NCBI RefSeq assembly: GCF_036321535.1
Contig: NC_087436.1
Coordinates: 1,488,001 to 1,552,000 of the forward strand
Origin: Camelus dromedarius
Taxonomy: Eukaryota
DNA length: 64,000 nucleotides
Reading direction: 5' to 3'
Shown here: in pieces, positions 43,101 through 55,981 of the stretch
Layout of the letters: each line of letters begins with the position of its first letter
Numbering within the stretch: position 1 is the stretch's first letter
The notes under the pieces: model-generated
Seen by the model: the letters and a program-made list of their open reading frames with translations, nothing else
The model's database searches: none
What the model was told of the DNA's origin: nothing
Made by a program: the position numbers and the translations under genes

Positions 43101-46100
43101 GGAGCTAGTACCTCCCCATATATATGTATGGAGTGGAATTTGCAACTGAAAAGAAACTTTGTGTTCAGTACAAGCTAGGTGAAGGACGGCTTTCACACAC
43201 ACTTATCTCTCAGATTTGAGCATGTGGAGAGACGTTCGTTCATCTAGCACAAATGGAATGGGTTGCAGCTGAAACTTTTACTCAGGATTCTCAGTCTGTT
43301 TCCTAGTGCCGGTTTGATGTTCCTGCATTTTTCACTGTAAAACAGAGTTGGAGCTATTACCTCCCCATATATATGTATGGAGTGGAGTTTGCAACTGAAA
43401 AGATACTTTGTGTTCAGAAAAATCTAGGTGAAGTAAGGCTTTCACACGCATTTATCTCTGAGAACTGAGCATGTGGAGAGACGTACGTTCATCTAGCATA
43501 AAGGGAAAGGGTTGGAGGTGAAACTTTTTCTCTGATTTCTCAGTCTGTTTCCTAGTGCCGGTTTGAAGTTCTAGCAGTTTTCACTGTAAATCCGAGTTGG
43601 TGATAGTACCTCCCCATATATATGTATGGAGTGGAGTTTGCAACTGAAAAGAAACTTTGTATTCCCAACAAGCTAGGTGAAGGACGGATTTCACACACAA
43701 TTATCTCTCAGAACTGAGCATGTGGAGTGACGTTCGTTCATCTAGCACAAAGGGAAATGTTTGCAGGAGAAACTTTTACTCTGGTTTCTCAGTCTGTTTC
43801 CTACTGCCGGTTTGAAGTTCCTGCAGTTTTCACTGTAAAACCGATTTGGAGCTAGTACCTCCCCATATATATGTATGGAGTGGAGTTTTCAAGTGAAAAG
43901 AAACATTGTGTTCCCAACAAGCTAAGGGAAGGACGGCTTTCACACACAATTATCTCTCAGAACTGAGCATGTGGAGAGACGTTCGTTCATCTAGCACAAA
44001 GGGAAAGGGTTACAGGAGAAACTTTTACTCTGGTTTCTCAGTCTGTTTCCTAGTGCCTGTTTGAATTTCCAGCAGTTTTTAGGGTAAAACCGAGTTGGAG
44101 CATGTATTTCCCCATATATATGTATGGAGTGGAGTTAGCAACTGAAAAGTAACTTTGTGTTCCCAAAAAGCTAGGTGAAGGACGGCTTTCACTCACACTT
44201 ATCTCTCAGAACTGAGCATGTGGAGAGACGTTCGTTCATCTAGCACAAAGGGAACGTGTTGCAGGAGAAACTTTTAGTCTGGTATTTCAGTTGTTTCCTA
44301 GTGCCGGTTTGAAGTTCCTGCAGTTTTCACTGTAAAACCGAGTTGGAGCTAGTACCTCCCCATATATATATATGGATTGGAGATTGCATCTGAAAAGAAA
44401 CTTTGTGTTCAGAACAAGCTAGGTGAAGGGCGGCATTCACACACACTTATCTCTCAGAACTGAGCATGTGGAGAGACTTTCGTACATCTAGCACAAAAGG
44501 AACGGGTTGCAGGAGTAACTTTTACTCTGGTTTCTCAGTCTGTTTCCTAGTGCCGGTTTGAAGTTCCAGCAGTTTTCACTGTAAAACAGAGTTGGTGCTA
44601 GTACCTCCCCATATATATGTATGGAGTGGAGTTTGCAACTGAAAAGAAACTTTGTGTTCCCAACAAGCTAGTTTAAGGACGGCTTTCACACACACTTATA
44701 TCTGAGAACTGAGCATGTGTAGAGATGTTCGTTCATCTAGCAAAAATGGAACGGTTTGCAGGAGAAACTTTTACTCTGGTATCTCAGTCTGTTTCCTAGT
44801 GCCGGTTTGAAGTTCCTGCATTTTTCAGTGTAAAACCGATTTTGAGCTAGTACCTCCCCATAAATATATATGGATTGGGGTTTGCAAGTGAAAAGAAACT
44901 TTGTCTTCCCAACAAGCTAAGTGAAGGACGGCTTTCACACACACTTATCTGTCAGAACTTAGCATGTGGAGAGACGTTCGTTCATCTACCACAATAGGAA
45001 CGATTTGCAGAAGAAACTTTTACTGTGGTTTCTCAGTCTATTTCCTAGTGCTGGTTTGAAGTTCCTACAGTTTTCACTGTAAAAGCGAGTTGGAGCTAGT
45101 ACCTACCCATATATATGTATGGATTGGAGTTTGCAACTGAAAAGAATCTTTGTGTTCCCAACCAGCTAGGTGAAGGAAGGATTTCACACACACTTATCTC
45201 TCAGAACTGAGCATGTGGAGAGACGTTCGTTCATCTAGCACAAAGGGAAAGGGTTGCACGAGAAAATTTACTCTGGTTTCTCAGTCTGTTTCCTACTGCC
45301 GATTTTAACTTCCTGCACTTTTCACTGTAAAACAGAGTTGGAGCTCGTACCTACCCATATATATGTATGGAGTGGAGTTTGCAAGTGAAAAGAAACTTTG
45401 TGTTCCCAACAAGCTAGGTGAAGGATGGCTTTCACACACACTTATCTCTCAGATCTGAGCATGTGGAGAGACGTTCGTTCATCTAGCACAAAGGGAATGG
45501 GTTGCAAGAGAAACATTTACTCTGGTTTCTCAGTCTGTTTCCTACTGCCTGTTTGAAGTTCCTGCAGTTTTCACTGTAAAACAGAGTTGGAGCTGGTACC
45601 TCCCCATATATATGTATGGATTGGAGTTTGCAACTGAAAAGAAACTTTGTGTTCCCAGCAAGCTAGGTGAAGGACGGCTTTCACACACACTTATCCCTCA
45701 GAACTGAGCATGTGGAGAGACGTTCGTTCATCTAGCACAAAGGGAACTGGTTGCAGGTGAAAATTTTACTCTGGTTTCTCAGACTGTTTCCTACTGCCGG
45801 TTTGAAGTTCCTGCAGTTTTCACTGTAAAACCGAGTTGGAGCTAGTACCTCCCCATATATATGTATGGATTGGAGTTCTCAACTGAAAAGACTTTGTGTT
45901 CCCAACAAGCTAGTTGAAGGATGGCTTTCACACACATTAATCTCTCAGAACTGAGCTTGTGGAGAGACGTTCGTTCATCTAGCACAAAAGGAACGGTTTG
46001 CAGGAGAAAATTTTAATCTGGTTTCTCAGTCTGTCTCCTAGTGCCGGTTTGAAGTTCCTGCAGGTTTCACTGTAAAACCGAGTTGGAGCTAGTACCTCCC

Positions 46101-48960
46101 CATATATATGTATGGATTGGGGTTTGCAACAGAAAAGAAACATTGTGTTCCCAACAAGCTAGTTGAAGGCGGCTTTCACACACACTTATCTCTCAGAACT
46201 GAGCATGTGGAGAGACGTTCGTTCATCTAGCACAAAGGGAACGGGTTGCAGGAGAAACTTTTACTGTGGTTTCTCAGTCTGTTTCCTAGTGCCGGTTTGA
46301 ACTTCCTGCAGTTTTACCTGTAAAACAGATTTGGAGCTGTCCTTCCCCATATATATGTATGGAGTGGAATTTGCAACTGAAAAGAAACTTTGTGTTAAGT
46401 ACAAGCTAGTTGAAGGACGGCTATCACACACACAAATCTCTCAGAACTGAGCATGTGGAGAGACTTTCGTTCATCTAGCACAAAGGGAACGGGTTGTAGG
46501 AGAAACTTATACTCTGGTATCTCAGTGTGTTTCCTACTGCCGGTTTGAGTTCCTGCAGTGTTCAATGTAAAACCGAGTTGGAGCTCGTACCTCCCCATAT
46601 ATATGTATGGAATGGAGTTTGCAAGTGAAAAGATACTTTGTTTTCCCAACAAGCTTGGTGAAAAATGGCTTTCACACTCACCTACCTCTCAGAACTGAGC
46701 ATGAGGATAGACGCTCGTTCATCTAGCACAAAGGGAACGGGTTGCAGGAGAAACTTTTACTCTGGTTTCTCAGTGTGTTTCCTACAGCCGGTTTGAAGTT
46801 CCTGCAGTTTTCACTGTAAAACAGAGTTATAGCTAGTACCTCCCCATATATATGTATGGATTGGAGTTTGCAACTGAAAGAAATTTTGTGATCCCAACAA
46901 GCTAGGTGTAGGACGGCTTTCACACACACTTATCTCTCAGAACTGAGCATGTGGAGAGACGTTCGTTCATCTAGCACAAAGGGAATGGATTGCAGGTGAA
47001 AATCATACTCTTGTTTCTCAGACTGTTTCCTACTGCCGGTTTGAAGTTCCTGCAGTTTTCACTGTAAAACCGAGTTGGAGCTAGTACCTCCCCTTATATA
47101 TGTATGGAGTGGAGTTAGCAACTGAAAATAAACTTTGTGTTCCCATCAAGCTAGGTGAAGGACGGCTTTCACACACACTTATCTCTCAGAAATGAGCATG
47201 TGGAGAGACATTCGTTCATCTAGCACAAAGGGTACGTGTTGCAGGTGAAAACTTTCTCTGGTTTCTCAGTCTGTTTCCTAGTGCCGGTTTGAAGTTCCTG
47301 CAGGTTTCACTGTAAAACCGAGTTGGAGCTAGTACCTCCCCATATATATGTATGGATTGGTGTTTGCAACTGAAAAGAAACATTGTGTACCCAACAAGCT
47401 AGTTGAAGGCGGCTTTCACACACACTTATCTGTCAGAACTGAGCATGTGGAGAGACGTTCGTTCATCTAGCACAAAGGGAACGGGTTGCAGGAGAAACTT
47501 TTACTCTGGTTTCTCAGTCTGTTCCCTAGTGCCGGTATGAAATTCCTTCAGGTTTACCTGTAAAACATATTTGGAACTGTACCTACGCATATATATGTAT
47601 GGAGTGGAATTTGCAACTGAAAATAAACTTTGTGTTCAGTACAAGCTAGTTTAAGGGAGGCAATCACACACACAAATCTCTCAGAACTGACCATGTGGAG
47701 AGACTTTCGTTCATCTAGCACAAAGGGAAAGGGTTGCAGGAGAAACTTTTACTGTGGTATCTCAGTGTGTTTCCTACTGCCGGTTTGAAGTTCCTGCAGA
47801 TTTCACTGTAAAACCGAGTTGGAGCTCGTACCTCCCCATATATATGAATGGAGTGGAGTTTGAAACTGAAAAGAAACTTTGTGTTCCCAACAAGCTAGGT
47901 GAAGGCGGCTTTCACACACACTTATCTCTCAGAACTGAGCATGTGGAGAGACTTTGGTTCATCTAGCACAAAGGGAAAGGGTTGCAGGAGAAACTTTTAC
48001 TGTGGTATCTCAGTGTGTTTCCTACTGCCGGTTTGAAGTTCCTGCAGATTTCACTGTAAAACCGAGTTGGAGCTAGTACCTACCCATATATATGTATGGA
48101 GTGGAGTTTGCAAATGAAAAGAAACTTTGTGTTCCCAACAAGCTAGGTGAAGGCGGCTTTCACACACACTTATCTCTCAGAACTGAGCATGTGGAGAGAC
48201 GTTCGTTCATCTAGCACAAAGGGAACGTGTTGCAAGAGAAACTTTTACTTTGGTTTCTCAGTCTGTTTCCTATTACCGGTTTGAATTTCCTGCAGTTTTC
48301 ACTGTAAAACCGATTTCTAGCTTGTACCACCCCATATATATTTATGGAGTGGATTTTGCAACTGAAAAGAAACTTTGTGTTCAGTACAAGACAGGTGAAG
48401 GACGGCTTTCACACACAATTATCTTTCAGAACTTAGCATGTGGAGAGACGTTCATTCATCTAGCAGAAAGGGAAAGGGTTGCAGGAGAAACTTTTAATCT
48501 GGTTTCTCAGTCTGTTTCCTACTGCCGGTTTGAAGTTCCTGCAGTTTTCACTGTAAAACCGATTTGGAACTCGTACCTCCCCATATATATGTATGGACTG
48601 GAATTTGCAAGTGAAAAGAAACTTTGTGTTCCCAACAAGCTAGGTGAAAGATGGCTTTCACACACAATTATCTCTGAGAACTGAGCATGTGGAGAGACGT
48701 TCATTCATCTAACAGAAAGGGAAAGGGTTGCAGGAGAAACTTTTACTCTGTTTTCTCAGTCTATTTCCTACAGCCGGTTTGAAGTTCCTGCAGTTTTCAC
48801 TGTAAAAGAGAGTTGAAGCTAGAACCTCCCCATATATATGTATGGAGTGGAGTTTGCAACTGAAAAGAAACTTTGTGTTCCCAACTAGCTATTTGAAGGA
48901 CGGCTTTCACACACACTTATCTCTCAGAACTGAGCATGTGGAGAGACGTTCGTTCATCTA
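31150..48960 (+). repeat. HOR domain II: deletion variants of a 26-monomer (~6.46 kb) unit
   Basis: The marker monomer (CCTATTACCGG...CTAGCTTGTACCACCCCATATATATTTATGGAGTGGATTTTG) starts at ~33066, ~38783, ~42009 and ~48221 (spacings 23, 13, 25 monomers), with the same monomer order between occurrences. Confidence 0.85.
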
Positions 48961-48967
48961 GCACAAA

Positions 48968-51900
48968 GGGAACGGGTTGCAGGTGAAAATTTTACTCTGG
49001 TTACTCAGACTGTTTCCTACTGCCGGTTTGAAGTTCCTGCAGTTTTCACTGTAAAACCGAGTTGGAGCTAGTACCTCCCCATATATATGTATGGAGTGTA
49101 GTTTGCAAGTGAAAAGAAACATTGTGATCCCAACAAGCTATGTGAAGTACGGCTTTCACACACAATTATCTCTCTGAACAGAGCATGTGGAGAGACGTTT
49201 GTTCATCTAGCACAAAGGGAACGGGTTGCAGGAGAAACTTTTAATCTGGTTTCTTAGTCTGTTTCCTAGTACCTTTTTGAAGTTCCTGCAGTTTTCACTT
49301 TAAAACAGATTTGGAGCTTGTACCTCCCCATATATATGTATGGAGTGGAGTTTGCAACTGAAAAGAAACTTTGTGCTCCCAACAAGCTAGGTGAAGGACG
49401 GCTTTCAAACACACTTATCTCTCAGAACTGAGCATGTGGAGAGACTTTCGTTCATCTAGCACAAAGGAACGGGTTGCAGTAGAAACTTTTACTCTGGTTT
49501 CTCAGTCTGTTTCCTAGTGCCGGTTTGAAGTTCCTGCAGTTTTCACTGTAAAAGCGAGTTGGAGCTCGTACCTCCCCATATATATGTATGGAGTGGAGTT
49601 TGAAAGTGAAAAGAAACTATGTGTTCCCAACAAGCTAGGTGAAGGATGGCTTTCAAACACACTTATCTCTGAGAATTGAGCATGTGGAGAGACCTTCGTT
49701 CATCTAGCACAAAGGGAATTGTTTGAAGGAGAAACTTTTACTCTGGTTTCTCTGTCTGTTTCCTACTGCCGGTTTGAAGTTCCTGCAGTTTTCACTGTAA
49801 AACTGAGTTGAAGCTAGAACCTAACCATATATATGTATGGAGTGGAGTTTGCAACTGAAAAGAAACTTTGTGTTCACAACAAGCTAGGTGAAGGACGGCT
49901 TTCACACACACTTATCTCTCAGAACTGAGCATGTGGAGAGACGTTCGTTCATCTAGCACAAAGGGAACGAGTTGCAGGTGAAAATTTTACTCTGGTTTCT
50001 CAGACTGTTTCCTACTGCCGGTTTGAAGTTCCTGCAGTTTTCACTGTAAAACCGAGTTGGAGCTAGTACCTCCCCATATATATGTATGGAGTGGGGTTTG
50101 CAACTGAAAAGAATCTTTGTTTTCCCAACAAGATAGCTGAAGTCGGCGTTCACACACACTTATCTCTCAGAACAGAGCAAGTGGAGAGACGTTTGTTCAT
50201 CTAGCACAAAGGGAACGTGTTGCAGGAGAATCTTTTACTCTAGTTTCTTAGTCGGTTTCCTAGTACCGGTTTGAAGTTACTACAGATTTCACTGTAAAAA
50301 CGAGTTGGAGCTAGTACCTCCCCATATATATGTATGGATTATAGTTTGCAACTGAAAAGAAACTTTGTGTTCCCAACAAGCTAGTTGAAGGACGGCTTTC
50401 TCACACACTTATCTCTCAGAACTGAGCATGTGGAGAGACGTTCGTTCATCTAGCACAAAGGGAACGGGTTGCAGGAGAAACTTTTACTCTGGTTTCTCAG
50501 TCAGTTCCCTACTGCCGGTTTGAAGTTCCTGCAGTTTTCACTGTAAAACCAAGTTGGTGCTAGTACCTCCCCATATATATGTAAGGAGTGGAGTTTGCAA
50601 CTGAAAAGAAACTTTGTGTTCCCAACAAGCTAGGTGAAGGCGGCTTTCACACACACTTATCTCTCAGAACTGAGCATGTGGAGAGACGTTCGTTCATCTA
50701 GCACAATGGGAACATGTTGCAGGAGAAACTTTTACTCTGTTTTCTCAGTCTGTTTCCTAGTACCGGTTTGAAGTTCCTGCAGTTTTCACTTTAAAACAGA
50801 TTTGGAGCTAGTACCTCCCCATATATATGTATGGAGTGGAATTTGCAACTGAAAAGAATCTTTGTGTTAAGTACAAGCTAGGTTAAGGACGGCTTTCACA
50901 CACACTTATCTCTCAGAACTGAGCATATGGAGAGACGTTCGTTCATCTAGCACAAAGGGAACGGGTTGCAGGTGAAAATTTTACTCTGGTTACTCAGACT
51001 GTTTCCTACTGCCGGTTTGAAGTTCCTGCAGTTTTCACTGTAAAAGCGAGTTGGAGCTCGTACCTCCCCATATATATGTATGGAGTGGAGTTTGAAAGTG
51101 AAAAGAAACTTTGTGTTCCCAACAAGCTAGGTGAAGGATGGCTTTCAAACACACTTATCTCTGAGAACTGAGCATGTGGAGAGACGTTCGTTCATCTAGC
51201 ACAAAGGGAATTGTTTGAAGGAGAAACTTTTACTCTGATTTCTCTGTCTGTTTCCTACTGCCGGTTTGAAGTTCCTGCAGTTTTCACTGTAAAACTGAGT
51301 TGAAGCTAGAACCTAACCATATATATGTATGGAGTGGAGTTTGCAACTGAAAAGAAACTTTGTGTTCCCAACAAGCTAGGTGTAGGACGGCTTTCACACA
51401 CACTTATCTCTCAGAACTGAGCATGTGGAGAGACGTTCGTTCATCTAGCACAAAGGGAACGGGTTGCAGGTGAAAATTTTACTCTGGTTTCTCAGACTGT
51501 TTCCTACTGCCGGTTTGAAGTTCCTGCAGTTTTCACTGTAAAACCGATTTGGGGCTAGTACCTCCCCATATATATGTATGGAGTGGGGTTTGCAACTGAA
51601 AAGAATCTTTGTTTTCCCAACAAGATAGCTGAAGTCGGCGTTCACACACACTTATCTCTCAGAACAGAGCAAGTGGAGAGACGTTTGTTCATCTAGCACA
51701 AAGGGAACGTGTTGCAGGAGAAACTTTTACTCTAGTTTCTTAGTCGGTTTCCTAGTACCGGTTTGAAGTTACTACAGATTTCACTGTAAAAACGAGTTGG
51801 GGCTAGTACCTCCCCATATATATGTATGGATTATAGTTTGCAACTGAAAAGAAACTTTGTGTTCCCAACAAGCTAGTTGAAGGACGGATTTCACACACAC

Positions 51901-54900
51901 TTATCTCTCAGAACTGAGCATGTGGAGAGACTTTCGTTCATCTAGCACAAAGGGAATGGTTTGCAGGTGAAAATTTTACTATGGTTTCTCAGTCTTTTTC
52001 CTAGTGCCGGTTTGAACTTCCTGCAGTTTTCACTGTAAAACAGATTTGGAGCTAGTACATCCCCATATATATATATTGAATGGAATTTGCATCTGAAAAG
52101 AATCTTTGTGTTCAGTACAAGCTAGGTTAAGGACGGCTTTCACACACGCTTATCTCTCAGAACTGAGCATGTGGAGAGACTTTCGTTCATCTAGCACAAA
52201 GGGAACGGGTTGCAGGAGAAACTTTTACTCTGGTTTCTCAGTCTGTTTCCTAGTGCCGGTTTGAGGTTCTTGCAGGTTTCACTGTAAAACCGAGTTTGAG
52301 CTAGTACCTCCCCATATATATGTATGGAGTGGGGTTTGCAACTGAAAAGAATCTTTGTGTTCCCAACAAGATAGCTGAAGGCGGCTTTGACACACACTTA
52401 TCTCTCAGAACAGAGCATGTGGAGAGACGTTTGTTCATCTAGCACAAAGGGAACGGGTTGCAGGAGAAACTTTTACTCTGGTTTCTTAGTCTGTTTCCTA
52501 GTACCGGTTTGAAGTTACTACAGATTTCACTGTAAAAACGAGTTGGTGCTAGTACCTCCCCATATATATGTATGGATTGGAGTTTGCAACTGAAAAGAAA
52601 CTTTGTGTTCCCAACAAGCTAGGTTAAGGACGGATTTCACACACACTTATCTCTCAGAACTGAGCATGTGGAGAGACGTTCGTTCATCTAGCACAAAGGA
52701 ATGGGTTGCAGGAGAAAATTTTACTCTGGTTTCTCATTCTGTTTCCTAGTGCCGGGTTGAAATTCCTGCAGTTTTCACTGTAAAACAGATTTGGAGCTAG
52801 TACCTCCCCATATATATGTATTGATTGAAATTTGCATCTGAAAAGAATCTTTGTGTTCAGTACAAGCTAGGTTAAGGAAGGCTTTCACACACACTTATCT
52901 CTCAGAACTGAGCATGTGGAGAGACGTTCGTTCATCTACCACAGAGGGAACGGGTTGCAGGAGAAACTTTTACTCTGGTTTCTCAGTCTGTTTCCTACTG
53001 CCGGTTTGAAGTTCCTGCACTTTTCACTGTAAAACCAAGTTGGTGCTAGTACCTCCCCATATATATGTATGGAGTGGAGTTTGCAACTGAAAAGAAACTT
53101 TGTGTTCCCAACAAGCTAGGTGAAGGCGGCTTTCACACACACTTATCTCTCAGAACTGAGCATGTGGAGAGACGTTCGTTCATCTAGCACAATGGGAACA
53201 TGTTGCAGGAGAAACTTTTACTCTGTATTCTCAGTCTGTTTCCTAGTACCGGTTTGAAGTTCCTGCAGTTTTCACTTTAAAACAGATTTGGAGCTAGTAC
53301 CTCCCCATATATATGTATGGAGTGGAATTTGCAACTGAAAAGAATCTTTGTGTTAAGTACAAGCTAGGTTAAGGACGGCTTTCACACACACTTATCTCTC
53401 AGAACTGAGCATGTGGAGAGACGTTCGTTCATCTAGCACAAAGGGAACGGGTTGCACGTGAAAATTTTACTCTGGTTACTCAGACTGTTTCCTACTGCCG
53501 GTTTGAAGTTACTGCAGTTTTCACTGTAAAACCGAGTTGGAGCTAGTACCTCCCCATATATATGTATGGAGTGTAGTTTGCAAGTGAAAAGAAACATTGT
53601 GATCCCAACAAGCTATGTGAAGTACGGCTTTCACACACAATTATCTCTCAAAACAGAGCATGTGGAGAGACGTTTGTTCATCTAGCACAAAGGGAACGGG
53701 TTGCAGGAGAAACTTTTACTCTGGTTTCTTAGTCTGTTTCCTAGTACCTTTTTGAAGTTACTGCAGATTTCACTGTAAAAACGAGTTGGAGCTAGTACCT
53801 CCCCATATATATGTATTGATTGGAGTTTGCAAATGAAAAGAATCTTTGTGTTCCCAACAAGCTAGGTGAAGTACGGATTTCACACAAACTTATCTCTCAG
53901 AACTGAGCATGTGGAGAGACTTTCGTTCATCTAGCTCAAAGGAACGGGTTGCAGTAGAAACTTTTACTCTGGTTTCTCAGTCTGTTTCCTAGTGCCGGTT
54001 TGAAGTTCCTGCAGTTTTCACTGTAAAAGCGAGTTGGAGCTCGTACCTCCCCATATATATGTATGGAGTGGAGTTTGAAAGTGAAAAGAAACTTTGTGTT
54101 CCCAACAAGCTAGGTGAAGGATGGCTTTCAAACACACTTATCTCTGAGAACTGAGCATGTGGAGAGACGTTCGTTCATCTAGCACAAAGGGAATTGTTTG
54201 AAGGAGAAACTTTTACTCTGGTTTCTCTGTCTGTTTCCTACTGCCGGTTTGAAATTCCTGCAGTTTTCACTGTAAAACAGATTTGGAGCTAGTACCTCCC
54301 CATATATATATATTGAATGGTATTTGCATCTGAAAAGAATCTTTGTGTTCAGTACAAGCTAGGTTAAAGACGGCTTTCACACACGCTTATCTCTCAGAAC
54401 TGAGCATGTGGAGAGACTTTCGTTCATCTAGCACAAAGGGAACGGGTTGCAGGAGAAACTTTTACTCTGGTTTCTCAGTCTGTTTCCTACTGCCGGTTTG
54501 AAGTTCCTGCAGTTTTCAATGTAAAACCGAGTTGGAGCTCGTACCTCCCCATATATATGTATGGAGTGGAGTTTGCAAGTGAAAACAAACATTGTGATCC
54601 CAACAAGCTATGTGAAGTACGGCTTTCACACACACTTATCTCTCAGAACTGAGCATGTGGAGAGACGTTCGTTCATCTAGCACAAAGGGAAAGGTTTGCA
54701 GGAGAAACTTTTACTCAGGTTTCTCAGTCTGTTTCCTAGTGCCGGTTTGAGGTTCTTGCAGGTTTCACTGTAAAACCGAGTTTGAGCTAGTACCTACCCA
54801 TATATATGTATGGAGTGGGGTTTGCAACTGAAAAGAATCTTTGTGTTCCCAACAAGCTAGCTGAAGGCGGCTTTGACACACACTTATCTCTCAGAACAGA

Positions 54901-55981
54901 GCATGTGGAGAGACGTTTGTTCATCTAGCACAAAAGGAACGGGTTGCAGGAGAAACTTTTACTCTGGTTTCTTAGTCTGTTTCCTAGTACCGGTTTGAAG
55001 TTACTACAGATTTCACTGTAAAAACGAGTTGGAGCTAGTACCTCCCCATATATATGTATGGATTGGAGTTTGCAACTGAAAAGAAACTTTGTGTTCCCAA
55101 CAAGCTAGGTGAAGGACGGATTTCACACACACTTATCTCTCAGAACTGAGCATGTAGAGAGACGTTCGTTCATCTAGCACAAAGGGAATGGGTTGCAGGA
55201 GAAAATTTTACTCTGGTTTCTCATTCTGTTTCCTAGTGCCGGGTTGAACTTCCTGCAGTTTTCACTGTAAAACAGATTTGGAGATAGTACCTCCCCATAT
55301 ATATGTATTGATTGGAATTTGCATCTGAAAAGAATCTTTGTGTTCAGTACAAGTTAGGTTAAGGAAGGCTTTCACACACACTTATCTCTCAGAACTGAGC
55401 ATGTGGAGAGAATTTCGTTCATCTAGCACAAAGGGAACAGGTTGCAGGAGAAACATTTACTCTGGTTTCTCAGTCTGTTTCCTACTGACGGTTTGAAGTT
55501 CCTGCAGTTTTCACTGTAAAACCGAGTTGGAGCTCGTACCACCCCATATATATGTATGGAGTTGAGTTTGAAAGTGAAAAGAAACTTTGTGTTCCCAACA
55601 AGCTAGGTGAAGGATGGCTTTCAAACACACTTATCTCTGAGAAATCAGCATGTGGAGAGACGTTCGTTGATTTAGCACAAAGGGAACTGGTTGAAGGAAA
55701 CTTTTACTCTGGTTTCTCTGTCTGTTTCCTACTGCCGGTTTGAAGTTCCTGCAGTTTTTACTGTAAAACTGAGTTGAAGCTAGAACCTCCCCATATATAT
55801 GTATGGAGTGGAGTTGCAACTGAAAAGAAACTTTGTGTTCCCAACAAGCTAGGTGAAGGACGGCTTTCACACACACTTATCTCTCAGAACTGAGCATGTG
55901 GAGAGACTTTCGTTCATCTAGCACAAAGGGAACGGGTTGCAATTGAAAATTTTTCTCTGGTTTCTCAGACTGTTTCCTACT
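48968..55981 (+). repeat. Second block of HOR-domain-I-type monomers, with internal 6-, 8- and 10-monomer offsets
   Basis: Domain-I markers return (ACCTTTTTGA, GCAGTAGAAA, TATTGATTG...GCATCTG, GTTACTACAGATTT). ORFs 49953/51445 are offset by 1492. GCACAATGGGAACATG occurs at 50701 and 53187. GGTTACTCAGAC occurs at ~49000, ~50990 and ~53475. Confidence 0.8.
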
